From Vicinamibacteria bacterium (GTDB lineage Bacteria; Acidobacteriota; Vicinamibacteria; Marinacidobacterales; Marinacidobacteraceae), in assembly GCA_964291235.2 (NCBI GenBank), contig OZ219815.1, positions 256,001 to 320,000 on the forward strand: a stretch of 64,000 nt of DNA, given 5' to 3'. The notes under the pieces are model-generated. The model was not told the DNA's origin, ran no database searches, and saw only the letters and a program-made list of their open reading frames with translations. Below are positions 10,242 through 21,920 of this stretch, in pieces (within the stretch, counting starts at the first letter, position 1; each line of letters starts with the position of its first letter). The position numbers and the translations under genes are program-made.

Positions 10242-13200
10242 TCAGACGGTCGGGACCTCCATCCCGCACTCCTCAAGGCGCTGACGGGCCAAACGTTGCT
10301 CGTCATCTGTAAACAGTGACCGCCATGCGGGTTGAAGCATCAGATACTCGAACGTCAGGTCGAGACGCTTGCGCAAATAGAGCGCAGTGAATCCATCAGA
10401 CATGTCCGGCAGCAACCGTCTGACGGTTTCCACTCCTCCGTATTCCTGCAGCATTTGCAGGAACCGCGCCGGGTAATACCCGGCCTCGCGCTTCGCTCGA
10501 TCGCAGATCCGCCTCAATTCGGCATCGAATTCCTGCTGAAGCGCAACCCGGTTTTTGGACACCAAAACCTCCTGCGCTCGGGGTGCCTCCCGACCGCGAC
10601 CGTACCTTGATTCTATGTCCCTGCGAGAGTCTCCAGAGTCGGTCGTTGCCCAGCTCGCGGAGAGGTGCTCAGCCTGTTCCAGGACCGTATTCGTGGCCTT
10701 CTCCTGCTTGTCCGGTGGGTAGCCGTGCTTGCGGAGGGTCCGCTTCACGAGAACCCGGAGCTTGGCCCGCACGTTCTCGCGTAGCGTCCAGTCAATCGTG
10801 ACGTTGTTCCGAACCTTACCCACCAACTCGCGGGCGATGTGACGCAGAGTCTCGTCGCCCAGCACCTTCACGGCGCTGTCGTTCGCCTCCAGCGCGTCGT
10901 AAAAGGCGAGTTCGTCGTCGGTTAGCCCAAGCTCCTCGCCGCGGGCGTTCGCCTCGCGCATGTTCCGGGCGAGTTCGATCAGCTCCTCGATTACCTGGGC
11001 CGCCTCGATGGCCCGGTTCTGGTAGCGGCGGAGCGTCTGTTCGAGCATCTCTGCGAAGGATCGTGCCTGGACCAGGTTCTTCTTCCGCCGGGCGGTGAGT
11101 TCGCCCTTCAGCAACTTCTGGAGCAGTTCGACGGCCAGGTTGCGGTGCGGCATTCCCCGCACCTCGGCCAGGAACTCGTCAGAGAGGATGGAGATGTCCG
11201 GCTTGTCGAGGCCTGCCGCTGCGAAGATGTCCACGACGCCTTCCGAGGCGACCGCGCGCGAGACGAGTTGCCGCACCGCATGGTCGAGTTCTTCTTCCGG
11301 CCGCGCGGCCGCGGCGGCGCGCTTCACCAGCACCGACTGCACTGCCTGGAAGAACGCTACGTCATCCCGAATCCGGCGGGTCTCCGGATGCGGGACCGCC
11401 AGTGCAAACGCCTCTGAGAGTTCACGGACCGCGGCCACGAAACGGTCCTTGCCGTCCGGCTGAGCCAGGATGTGCTCCTGCGCCGCCGGGAGCAGCGCGA
11501 GCCGTTCCGCCGGAGCGCCGGTTGTCCACAACGACCAGTCGAACCCGTAGAGCATGCTGCAGCAGATCGCGTACTTTTCCAGCATCGCCGCGACGGCGTC
11601 TTCCTGATCGAGCGCCGTGCGGCCGGTCCCACCGCTCTCGGTGTAGGTGGCAAGGGCCTGCTTGAGTTCGTGCGCGAGGCCGAGATAGTCCACGACGAGA
11701 CCGCCCCGCTTGTCCCGGAACACGCGGTTCACGCGGGCGATTGCCTGCATCAGCCCGTGGCCACGCATCGGCTTGTCCACGTACATCGTGTGGAGGCTGG
11801 GAGCGTCGAACCCGGTCAACCACATATCCCGCACCAGCACGAAGTCGAGCGGATCGCCTGGATCACGGAAGCGCTTGGCGAGACGCTCGCGCCGCTTCTT
11901 ACTCCGGATGTGCTGCTGCCACTCGGTCGGATCCGATGCGGAGCCCGTCATCATGACCTTGATGCGCCCCCGTTCGTCGTTCTCGTCGTGCCAGGTCGGT
12001 TGTAGCCGAGTCAGCTCGCGATACAGGTCAGCACAGATACGCCGGCTCATGCACACAACCATCGCCTTGCCGTCGAGAGCCTCAAGACGACTCTCGAAGT
12101 GGTCCAGGATGTCTTGCGCGACGAGCCGGAGCCGCTTCTCCGTTCCGACGACCGCCTCCAGTTGCGCCCACTTCGTCTTCAGGCGTTCCTTGCGCGCGAC
12201 CTCTTCACCTTCGGTGGCTTCCTCGAAGTCGGGATCGATTCGTGGTTTTTCCCCCTCGTCGAGGGCCAACCTGGCAAGACGGCTCTCGTAGTAGATGGGG
12301 ACAGTGGCGCCGTCCTCCACCGCACGCTGGATGTCGTAGATGCTGATGTGTTCGCCGAACACGGCGCGGGTGTTCGCGTCCTTCAGCTCGATGGGTGTGC
12401 CGGTGAAGCCGACGAAGGACGCGTTCGGCAAGGCATCCCGCATGTGGTGCGCATAGCCGTCCACGAACTCGTACTGGCTGCGGTGGGCCTCGTCGGCGAT
12501 CACCACGATGTTGCGCCGGTCGGAAAGGAGCGGGTGCCGGCCGCCCTTCTCATCGGGAAAGAACTTCTGGATCGTCGTGAAGACGACTCCCCCGGCCCGG
12601 ACCGAGAGCTTGCGTCTCAGGTCGTCCCGGCTCTCCGCCTGGACCGGGGGCTGGCGGAGCAGCTCGCTGCAGCGGGAGAACGTGCCGAAGAGCTGGTCGT
12701 CGAGATCGTTCCGGTCGGTCAGTACTACGATGGTCGGGTTCTCCATCGCGGGCTCCCGGATGACGGCGCCCGCGTAGAACACCATCGTCAGGCTCTTTCC
12801 CGAGCCTTGGGTGTGCCAGATGACCCCGACACGCCGGTCGCCCGGCGATCCGCCGGGGTTCTGGCCGGTCTCGTACCGGCCGTTCGGCTCCGCGAACTGG
12901 GTCATTTCACTGGCACGAACCGTCTCGGAGACGGCGACCCGCGCGGCGTGGAACTGGTGATAACCCGCCATGACCTTCGCGAGCTTCCCGCCGTCGTCTT
13001 CGATGACGATGAAGTCGCGGAGGAGCGCGAGCAGCTTCTCCGGGTCGCAGACTCCCCGGAGCAGCACTTCCAGTTGGAGGCGTTCAGGTGCAGCGACCGT
13101 TTGCCCCGAGATGGTGCGCCAGGGCTTGAACCACTCACGCCCCGCCGTCAGCGTGCCGAGCCGCGCTTCGGTTCCGTCGGAGACGATCAGGACCTCGTTG

Positions 13201-13757
13201 AACGAGAAGAGCGTCGGGAGCTCGGCCTTGTAGGTCTGGAGCTGCTGCCACGCCGTCCAGATGGTCGCGTCCCCGTCCGCCGGGTTCTTCAGTTCGATCA
13301 CGCCCAGCGGCAAGCCGTTCACGAACAACACGATGTCGGGACGGCGTTCGTTCTTGTTCTCGACGACCGTGAACTGATTGACCGCCAGCCAGTCGTTGTT
13401 GGTGGGGTCCTCGAAGTCGAGCACCCGCGCCGGCGCACCGCGCACCGTCCCGTCGTCGTCGCGGTACTCGACAAGCACCCCGTCCACCAACATGCGGTGG
13501 AAACTCCGATTGCGCGCTTCGAGCGTGGCGCCCGGTGGTGACGTCAGCTTTCGGAAAGCGTCGTCCAAGGCGTCCGTGGGAAGAGCGGGGTTCAGGTTCG
13601 CCAGCCGGTCTCGCAGGATCCGGGGCAGCACAACATCACCGTAGGTGTCGCGCAGCCCGTAAGGTCGGGGCTCCGGAGCGTGGGTGATTCGGTAGCCGAG
13701 GGCTTGGAGCCAGCCGAGGGCAGCGTCCTCGACGATGGATTCGGTGATCTTCGGCAC
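10242..13757 (-). CDS. hsdR: Type I restriction enzyme R subunit with an extra C-terminal domain
   Basis: [17 protein letters not shown] nuclease motif, WHTQGSGKS Walker [31 protein letters not shown]; about 130 aa beyond the usual end. Confidence 0.95.
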   Translation of the reverse strand: MPKITESIVEDAALGWLQALGYRITHAPEPRPYGLRDTYGDVVLPRILRDRLANLNPALPTDALDDAFRKLTSPPGATLEARNRSFHRMLVDGVLVEYRDDDGTVRGAPARVLDFEDPTNNDWLAVNQFTVVENKNERRPDIVLFVNGLPLGVIELKNPADGDATIWTAWQQLQTYKAELPTLFSFNEVLIVSDGTEARLGTLTAGREWFKPWRTISGQTVAAPERLQLEVLLRGVCDPEKLLALLRDFIVIEDDGGKLAKVMAGYHQFHAARVAVSETVRASEMTQFAEPNGRYETGQNPGGSPGDRRVGVIWHTQGSGKSLTMVFYAGAVIREPAMENPTIVVLTDRNDLDDQLFGTFSRCSELLRQPPVQAESRDDLRRKLSVRAGGVVFTTIQKFFPDEKGGRHPLLSDRRNIVVIADEAHRSQYEFVDGYAHHMRDALPNASFVGFTGTPIELKDANTRAVFGEHISIYDIQRAVEDGATVPIYYESRLARLALDEGEKPRIDPDFEEATEGEEVARKERLKTKWAQLEAVVGTEKRLRLVAQDILDHFESRLEALDGKAMVVCMSRRICADLYRELTRLQPTWHDENDERGRIKVMMTGSASDPTEWQQHIRSKKRRERLAKRFRDPGDPLDFVLVRDMWLTGFDAPSLHTMYVDKPMRGHGLMQAIARVNRVFRDKRGGLVVDYLGLAHELKQALATYTESGGTGRTALDQEDAVAAMLEKYAICCSMLYGFDWSLWTTGAPAERLALLPAAQEHILAQPDGKDRFVAAVRELSEAFALAVPHPETRRIRDDVAFFQAVQSVLVKRAAAAARPEEELDHAVRQLVSRAVASEGVVDIFAAAGLDKPDISILSDEFLAEVRGMPHRNLAVELLQKLLKGELTARRKKNLVQARSFAEMLEQTLRRYQNRAIEAAQVIEELIELARNMREANARGEELGLTDDELAFYDALEANDSAVKVLGDETLRHIARELVGKVRNNVTIDWTLRENVRAKLRVLVKRTLRKHGYPPDKQEKATNTVLEQAEHLSASWATTDSGDSRRDIESRYGRGREAPRAQEVLVSKNRVALQQEFDAELRRICDRAKREAGYYPARFLQMLQEYGGVETVRRLLPDMSDGFTALYLRKRLDLTFEYLMLQPAWRSLFTDDEQRLARQRLEECGMEVPTV

Positions 13758-13771
13758 GGAGGGTCGAGTGT

Positions 13772-15202
13772 TTAGGAACGGACCCGTGCTCCAGGGTCGG
13801 CGTAGCGGTCAACGAGAGCCGCAGGCAGGCGGACTTCGCCGGACACAAGCGCCGGCAGGAGCGTGTCACGGATTTCGGCCAATCTTCGAAACGTCCGACG
13901 ACTGGCACCGATTTCGTCCACTAGCGGACCCACGGTCGCGGAGAACTCCCTTCGGACGCGCGCATCCGCCAGCACAACAGGAGTCGCCGCAACCATGTCC
14001 CCCCCAATCGCCGGATACGCACCGCCATCCGCAAGCAGAGCCAGCCGATTCACATTGTCCGGGGAGGTGGCGGCACACCATAGCAACTCTCGGTCGTGTG
14101 GCGCACAGGGCCGGAGTACCGCGAAACCGGTGCTCCCCGTGAGACCGTCTTCGTCAATCAAGGCATAGGAACCATTTCCCGGCCTCACGGTGCCTACAAC
14201 GGTGTCCCCGTTCCTGAGCACACGCCGGGCGCGGCTCGGAGCCTCTTGCCACCTGTAGCATGGGACATCCCCGAGCACCCCCCATTTCGTGTTCTTGAGA
14301 TCAAGGTATCGGATCGTCTCGGGTGGTTCGGTGGAGTTCCATACCTCCGGATTCAGCACCGCAAGGTGACGAAGCGCCCCCGGCTCCCAACCTTCAGGAA
14401 TCTCGCCCAACTCCGATGCGACAAGCCGATCCGGGAACAAATCGGCGACCTCCGGCGGCAGTTTCGGATCGCGGCCCTCCATCTTCGCCCGAACCGGATC
14501 GAAGTCCACGAACCACGACTTGAAGAGCGCCCGCGCCATCGCCTCCAGCGTCTCGTTCATCCGCCGGTTCAGCTCGATCCTGTCGTCCAGAGCGCCAAGC
14601 ACGCCAGCAATCGCCCGTTGCTCGCGCAGCGGCGGCATAGGAATCTCGACCGACCGGAGATAGCTGACCGGCTGAGCGATGGAGGGAACGCCAACCTGGG
14701 AGGAGTTGGCGAGCAGTTTGTGCTGTCCCTCCCTCGAGCGGAAGAAATGCGTCAGAAACGCCGGGTCGGCCTTGGTTTCATCGCAGCGCAGGTAGAACTG
14801 GCGTTGAGAAATCACATAGCGAGTGAAGTTCGCGGTCCGGGGGATGTAGGCGACTTGGCCTATGTTTCCGGCATGCGTGAAGATCACATCACCCGGGTGG
14901 ACGTTGGCATTCGAAAGACGCTGAGCGTGCTCGGGAGTAACGAAGTTGAAGCCAGGTGACTCGTCCACTCGACTACCGTGAAGGTGCTGCCCACTGATCA
15001 CAGGCACGCCTGACGGGACGAAAGTCGAGACCTTGATGGATGAGCCGAAGGGTCCCATGCCGACTCGCGCGATGTCTTCGATTCGTATGATGCGCCAGTC
15101 ACGAATGACGCGCCCCACGCTCGTTGTCATGGTGATCGATGATTTGCGTCCGCTGCGGGGCGGCTTCTCTCGGTTGTCGGCTCGGGCTTCCATCATAGCC
15201 AC
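13772..15202 (-). CDS. hsdS: Type I R-M specificity subunit (start uncertain, possibly 15130)
   Basis: Two TRDs, [23 protein letters not shown] conserved helix, C-terminal [16 protein letters not shown]. Confidence 0.93.
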   Translation of the reverse strand: MAMMEARADNREKPPRSGRKSSITMTTSVGRVIRDWRIIRIEDIARVGMGPFGSSIKVSTFVPSGVPVISGQHLHGSRVDESPGFNFVTPEHAQRLSNANVHPGDVIFTHAGNIGQVAYIPRTANFTRYVISQRQFYLRCDETKADPAFLTHFFRSREGQHKLLANSSQVGVPSIAQPVSYLRSVEIPMPPLREQRAIAGVLGALDDRIELNRRMNETLEAMARALFKSWFVDFDPVRAKMEGRDPKLPPEVADLFPDRLVASELGEIPEGWEPGALRHLAVLNPEVWNSTEPPETIRYLDLKNTKWGVLGDVPCYRWQEAPSRARRVLRNGDTVVGTVRPGNGSYALIDEDGLTGSTGFAVLRPCAPHDRELLWCAATSPDNVNRLALLADGGAYPAIGGDMVAATPVVLADARVRREFSATVGPLVDEIGASRRTFRRLAEIRDTLLPALVSGEVRLPAALVDRYADPGARVRS

Positions 15203-15430
15203 GGTTTGCGGTGCAGAACCAGAGCTTCGACAACTTCCAACACGTCCATTTGTTCAGGGAACCCAGACCGCGCGTCGTCGTGGGTTCCGTCCCACCGGGA
15301 GGCGTTCACGGTGGAGATCGATCGGCAATCGCTGGACTTGCTCGGCTACGAGGTCGTCATAGCTGCCTTCGTACCCATCCACCACGACGCGCAGGTCTTC
15401 CGGATACGCGGACAGCAGCCGAATCAGCAC
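15193..15430 (-). pseudogene. Frameshifted remnant of a small hypothetical gene
   Basis: Protein-like segments LIRLLSAYPEDLRVVVDGYEGSYDDL and, in another frame, RWDGTHDD...VVEALVLHR; no intact start. Confidence 0.45.
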
Positions 15431-15436
15431 CGACCG

Positions 15437-15633
15437 TCAGATCTTTCGGCATTGCGCTTCCGGAACGGACTCGGCGCGTTCACGCGGGCTTTCGATGTGG
15501 AGCAGGATCGCCTTCGGCATCTCCGGGATTGTTTCGTCATGAGTGGACCGGTCGCAACGCGGCCGGACAGGTCCGACGCGTCGGGGGCGTAGTTGCGCGG
15601 CGTCTTCTCCATCACGATGGTGTATCGCATCAT
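15437..15633 (-). pseudogene. HicB-family (UPF0150) antitoxin, frameshifted
   Basis: RBS GGAGGG; MRYTIVMEKTPRNYAPDASDLSGRVATG continues in a shifted frame as THDETIPEMPKAILLHIESPRERAESVPE; no hicA nearby. Confidence 0.65.
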
Positions 15634-15664
15634 CCCTCCCAACCTGCCTGTCGAGGTCTTGCCT

Positions 15665-17434
15665 TCACCGAAGGTCCCGCGGCAAGCGGCCATCACGGGG
15701 CTCCGAAACCGCGCGGTATTCGAGCACCGCAGCCGGGTTGAAGAACCCCGCAATCCGAATCAGGAGTTGATTGCCTTGTTCGTCCCGGATGCGCAGCTCC
15801 TCGCCGCGGGTGAAGTGGACGGGTTGCGGGGCGCCATCCTGAATCACGAGGTCTCCAGAGACCGTGGCGCGCCCGGCGTCGTCTTCTCGTACCCGGAGGG
15901 ATCCGCGAAGCACGGGAAGCCGCCCGCTGCCGTCCGGGAGGATCAGGGAACCACCTTGAGTGAGCGCGGGCAACTCGAGGCACAGCGACCCGACCGACGC
16001 GTCCCAGGCTTCCACGCGCGAGGCATGTCCGGCGGCGGCGGCGAGCACGATCACGGGAAGCGCCGTCGAGTACACGTCGAGAACGGTTCCTCCATCCTCC
16101 CCGGTCGTTCCCGCGGCCTGGATGCCGTTCGGGTGGAGGACGACGACCTGAGCCCCGGCGATCCCCGCGCCACCGCCCTGCACCGCGATCCGCACGGTCT
16201 GCGGTTGCGCCGTGGTGGGCGCCGCCGGGAGCGTCAGGAACAGGTCGGAATCCGCGAGCAGCCGGTATTCGGGTCGCTTGCCGCTGAGCGCCAACGTCTC
16301 CCGAATGATGACCGAAACGCCGCTGCCGCGACGCTCCATGAAGAAGACCCGTTTGTGTGACCCCGGTATTCCCCGCACCGGGAGCCGGGCCAGCACCGAA
16401 ACGATCGCCTCGTTGCGAGTGGACTGGCGTGCGTCCAGGTCCGCAATCGTCAGGTTGTTTGGCAGGCTGCCGGGGACGTTGAGCTCCAAGCGGTCCGCGA
16501 ACATCGAGAGGCGGATCCGGCTCCCGCGGATCGAGTAGTCCCGATGCGCCACGGCGTTCACCACCGCCTCGAATACAACCTCGAGGCTGTACTCGGGAAG
16601 ATCCAGCCGCGCCGGCGATTTGTGAGCCCCGACGCGCATGTTGCGCTGCACGAAAGCCATCGCCCCCTCGACCTGTTCGTGGAGCGGGCCGGTGATGACC
16701 CGTGCATCTAACTGCTCCGCACCGCGGTCCACCCCGCGATAGTGCGTGGCGGTGATGCAGGCGTTCGGCAGCCACTGCTCCGGGGCGCGGCTGCACAGGA
16801 GAACCCCGGCGACCGTCGCCTCGGCCGCCTCCTCGGCCTCCGAGGCGAGGAGAGCCAGTTTCGTCAGGCCGCGGCGCGGATCGAGCCGCCCTTCCGCATC
16901 CAGCAGCGGCTTCCACAGCGACTCGTCGAGCGTACGGAACCCCGTCCCTGGCACGGCCTGTTTGTCGAACCAGAGAAAGCGCGCCTGGCTGCGCTGTTGG
17001 GCGAGTCGCAGCCGGTCGTCCGGTGACATCCGCTGCTTGCTGCTGCCGATGCGCCGGTACGCCCCTCCGGGGCTTTCGTGCTGGGCGTAACCCGCTTCGA
17101 CATCAACGGTGAGCACGGGCCGGTCGGGTTCGATCAAGTGGCGTCGAATGTCCGCCTCGATGGAAGGCCTGATCTTGTTGCGGCAGACGTCCACCACGAT
17201 GCGTTCGAGTTCGTCGAGCTGGGGCCGCGTCATTCCCTGAACGTCGCCGCTGTCCGTGACCCCGAGGAGCAAGACCCCGCCCCGCCCGTTGGCGAACGCC
17301 GCCAACTCGTCGGCGAGCGCATTGGGACTCGGACCGGCAAGCCGGTTTCCGCGAAACGCGACCTCCTTGAACTCCCACCGTGCGTCTTCGCCGAGACGGA
17401 TGCGAGCCTGGAGGTCTGTCGCGTCAAACGTCAT
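15665..17434 (-). CDS. Schlafen/AlbA_2 domain + HATPase_c_4 (RecG C-terminal-like) protein with a beta-rich C-terminal extension
   Basis: GEDARWEFKE, LAAFANGRGG.LLLGV.D.G; EAVVNAVAHRDYS, NVPGSLP, RNE, MERRGSG; lies between hsdM and hsdS. Confidence 0.85.
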   Translation of the reverse strand: MTFDATDLQARIRLGEDARWEFKEVAFRGNRLAGPSPNALADELAAFANGRGGVLLLGVTDSGDVQGMTRPQLDELERIVVDVCRNKIRPSIEADIRRHLIEPDRPVLTVDVEAGYAQHESPGGAYRRIGSSKQRMSPDDRLRLAQQRSQARFLWFDKQAVPGTGFRTLDESLWKPLLDAEGRLDPRRGLTKLALLASEAEEAAEATVAGVLLCSRAPEQWLPNACITATHYRGVDRGAEQLDARVITGPLHEQVEGAMAFVQRNMRVGAHKSPARLDLPEYSLEVVFEAVVNAVAHRDYSIRGSRIRLSMFADRLELNVPGSLPNNLTIADLDARQSTRNEAIVSVLARLPVRGIPGSHKRVFFMERRGSGVSVIIRETLALSGKRPEYRLLADSDLFLTLPAAPTTAQPQTVRIAVQGGGAGIAGAQVVVLHPNGIQAAGTTGEDGGTVLDVYSTALPVIVLAAAAGHASRVEAWDASVGSLCLELPALTQGGSLILPDGSGRLPVLRGSLRVREDDAGRATVSGDLVIQDGAPQPVHFTRGEELRIRDEQGNQLLIRIAGFFNPAAVLEYRAVSEPRDGRLPRDLR

Positions 17435-17497
17435 CGGTGTGGTGCCCCCCGTAGTCCACGCGCCGCTCCGATCCCTGGCGCCGAACTCCCGCCCGCG

Positions 17498-19123
<1,626 letters not shown>

Positions 19124-19298
19124 CGGTGCTGGCCGGGGACCATTGTCACCGATTCGGATCTTCTGCACCGCTCAACTCGAGCGGTAGACGACCACATTTC
19201 GTCGCGGTGCCAGCCGTCGAGCCAGGGAAAGCGAATGGCGGGGCGATCAGTCCAGCTTCAACGGCACCGGTGGCACCGCGGAGGTCCGCGCGGCGCTC

Positions 19299-19616
19299 GT
19301 GGCGTGGTTCCGCGGGCGGGTGCCGGAACGGGTCGAGGCATGGCACGCGAGGGCCGGGGTCCCGATGCCGCGGGTGATCGTTGCGAGCCAGCAGAAGCGC
19401 TGGGGCAGTTGTGACCAGGCCGGAACCATCCGCCTGAACTGGCGGATCATCCAGGCGCCGATGCGGCTCGTGGACTACGTGGTCGTTCACGAGCTGGTGC
19501 ACCTGCGGCACCGCGGACGCGGGCGGGACTACTGGCAGGCGGTGGGGCGCATCATGCCGGACTACGAGCGGCGGCGGCGGGATCTACCGGAACGGGGGTC
19601 GCTGCTGGTCTGGTAG
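19299..19616 (+). pseudogene. YgjP/SprT-like (M48, DUF45) metallopeptidase, C-terminal fragment
   Basis: KRWGSC, I.LNWR, DYVVVHELVHL, MPDY; lacks the N-terminal half. Confidence 0.75.
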
Positions 19617-19695
19617 CGGGCGTCGGCGGTCTCGGCATCCCAACGAGGATCCGGGGGGCGGCTGGGCGACATCACATCTGTACCCTTCGCCCGCT

Positions 19696-20739
19696 ATGAC
19701 AGACACCCCCAAGGTTTACATCGCTCGGGCCGGACAGAATGGTGAGGATGAAGATGCGGCGCTGGAGAACGGTCTCGCCATCATCGGCTTCCACGCCGTG
19801 CGGTCTCTCAAGCAAGCCGGCGACTACGCCGCAGTCGCGAAGCTTGTCGAAACGGGACTGCCGGACCGGCCGTTGAACGCGCAGCGCAACATCGCCCGTC
19901 AGCTGCTGGCGTTCGCTCGCGGGATGAGCGAAGGTGACTTCGTCGTCATGCCGCGGAAGCGGGTCTCGCAGATCGCCCTCGGGCGCGTTACGGGTCCGTA
20001 TCGATACACCAAGATCGGGGGTGAGCTCCGACACACCCGCGCGGTGAGTTGGGCTCGCCCTGACCTCCCGCGCACTACTTTCGAGCAGGATCTTCTCTAT
20101 TCCTTCGGCGCCTTCATGACGGTTTGCAACGTCTCGCGGAACGACGCTCCGCGCCGTGTCGCCGCGGTACTGGCGGGGAAACCAGACCCCGGCATATCGG
20201 CGAAGAAGAAGACGGCACCCGATTTGACACCCGAACAGTCCGACGAAGAATCGGATCTGCAGCAGTTGGCGCATGACCAGATCGTCGCGCGGATCCAGAC
20301 ACGGTTCGCGGGACACGCCTTGGCACGGCTCGTCGACGCCGTGCTCCAGGCCGATGGATGGGAAACGAAACTCTCTCCAGCCGGGCCGGATGGAGGAGTG
20401 GATGTCCTCGGCGGCCGGGGCCCCTTAGGACTGGACCCACCTCGGCTCTGTGTGCAGGTCAAGTCACAACAGAGTCCCGCCGATGTGGAGGTCTATCGGG
20501 GTTTGCAGGGAACGATGCTGACCTTCAAGGCGGAACAAGGGCTCCTCGTCTGCTGGGGAGGCTTCAAGAAGAGTGTCCTCACCGAGGCGCGGCAGAGTCA
20601 CTTCGTGGTCCGCCTGTGGGACAGTCGGGACCTCGTGCAGGCGATCTACAGGAACTACGAACGCCTGTCGGCCGAGACCAAGGCGGAACTGCCGCTGAAG
20701 CAGGTGTGGATGCTCGTTCCCGAGGATTCGACCAATTGA
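19696..20739 (+). CDS. Mrr-family (type IV) restriction endonuclease
   Basis: N-terminal YIARAG..GE.E domain; Mrr_cat motifs GPDGGVDV and VQVKS; GLLVCWGGF. Confidence 0.88.
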   Translation: MTDTPKVYIARAGQNGEDEDAALENGLAIIGFHAVRSLKQAGDYAAVAKLVETGLPDRPLNAQRNIARQLLAFARGMSEGDFVVMPRKRVSQIALGRVTGPYRYTKIGGELRHTRAVSWARPDLPRTTFEQDLLYSFGAFMTVCNVSRNDAPRRVAAVLAGKPDPGISAKKKTAPDLTPEQSDEESDLQQLAHDQIVARIQTRFAGHALARLVDAVLQADGWETKLSPAGPDGGVDVLGGRGPLGLDPPRLCVQVKSQQSPADVEVYRGLQGTMLTFKAEQGLLVCWGGFKKSVLTEARQSHFVVRLWDSRDLVQAIYRNYERLSAETKAELPLKQVWMLVPEDSTN

Positions 20740-20790
20740 CAGCGAGTCGCCGTGAGCCGGTTCCGGGCCGAGGGGACAGGAGTTTCCGAC

Positions 20791-20906
20791 TCACGGATCG
20801 GCCGGAAGCACCTCGAATCCCAGCGCCGCGGAGGGCTCGCGAGACTTCATTCCCGAGGGGCTGAAGCCACTACAAGGACGGCGCTGCTCTCCGTATAGAG
20901 AGTCAC
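20791..20906 (-). pseudogene. PIN/VapC toxin remnant with internal deletion
   Basis: GTG overlapping the antitoxin stop encodes MTLYTESSAVL (PIN N-terminus); about 45 nt later, in another frame, AALGFEVLPADP* (PIN C-terminus). Confidence 0.65.
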
Positions 20907-21190
20907 CGCTCACCACGCGTCCAGTCGAGCGCTTCCTGAATCTCTTCGTTGGACAGCAGACCGGGTGGCGGCGACTGGAGATGGGGCTGGTCGGGCTTGC
21001 CCAGGCGAAGCTCTCCCGCACGGGCCAGGCGCTGCAGCGCCTCGTCCGAGGTCTCGTCAGACGCGTCAGGCGGAACCAGGCGGGCGACGACGACCCCGCG
21101 ATTGGTGATAACCAGTCGCTCACCATCCCCGACCAGGCGCAAATACTCGCTGAGGCGCCTCTTCAGCGCCCGGATTCCGACCGTCTTCAT
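20903..21190 (-). CDS. Phd/YefM family antitoxin
   Basis: MKTVGIRALKRRLSEYLRLV..GE...IT.RG..VARLVP; TACGAT 6 nt upstream. Confidence 0.9.
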   Translation of the reverse strand: MKTVGIRALKRRLSEYLRLVGDGERLVITNRGVVVARLVPPDASDETSDEALQRLARAGELRLGKPDQPHLQSPPPGLLSNEEIQEALDWTRGER

Positions 21191-21313
21191 CTGGCCATCG
21201 TAGCCACGGGTGGCCATACCGCCGTCATAACTCCGAATCCGGACCGGGCTTCACCCGGTCGCCTGGGAAGGATGGGTAACCCGCTCCGGATGGCTCAGTT
21301 CCAGCAGGACGGC

Positions 21314-21838
21314 AACATGTCGCAGTAGCGATACCGGCCGGAAGGGAACATGTCGCAGTAGCCGAATCTCCCGGCCGAACATGTCGCAGTAGCGACACCG
21401 GCAGGAAAGGAACATGTCGCAGTAGCGGGATTTTCCCGTTCAACATGTCGCAGTAGCGGCACCGGCCGGACGGCAACATGTCGCAGTAGCCGGGTTTCCC
21501 AGCCGAACATGTCGCAGTAGCCGGATTTTCCCGCTCAACATGTCGCAGCAGCGACACCGGCCGGAAGGGAACATGTCGCAGTAGCCGGATTTTCCGGCTC
21601 AACATGTCGCAGTAGCGGCACCGGCAGGACGAGAACATGTCGCAGTAGCCGAATTTCCCGGCTCAACATGTCGCAGTAGCGACACCGGCAGGAGGGGAAC
21701 ATGTCGCAGCAGCCGAATTTCCCAGCCGAACATGTCGCAGTAGCGACACCGGCAGGAGAGGAACATGTCGCAATAGCCGGATTTTCCCGCTCAACATGTC
21801 GCAGTAGCCGGTTTTCCGGCTCAACATGTCGCAGTAGC
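21314..21838. repeat. Array of 17 copies of core AACATGTCGCAGTAGC with alternating 17-bp and 15-bp spacers
   Basis: Cores start at 21314, 21347, 21378, 21411, 21442, 21475, 21506, 21537, 21570, 21601, 21634, 21665, 21698, 21729, 21762, 21793, 21823; 14 of 17 are exact. Confidence 0.95.
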
Positions 21839-21920
21839 GGCGCCGGCCGGGAGACACCAACTCTTGCGCAGTTGGGAGACACCTACTTTTACGCACCACG
21901 TGGCGGTGGGGAGCGATGCG

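Noticed and set aside
21314-21838. CRISPR array
   Set aside because: Repeat is only 16 bp; spacers are 14-17 bp and fall into two homologous classes, with one exact duplicate; no cas genes in the window
20791-21838. Type III toxin-antitoxin (ToxIN-like) locus
   Set aside because: No ToxN/CptN/TenpN-like ORF and no terminator after the repeats; the neighbour is a type II Phd antitoxin
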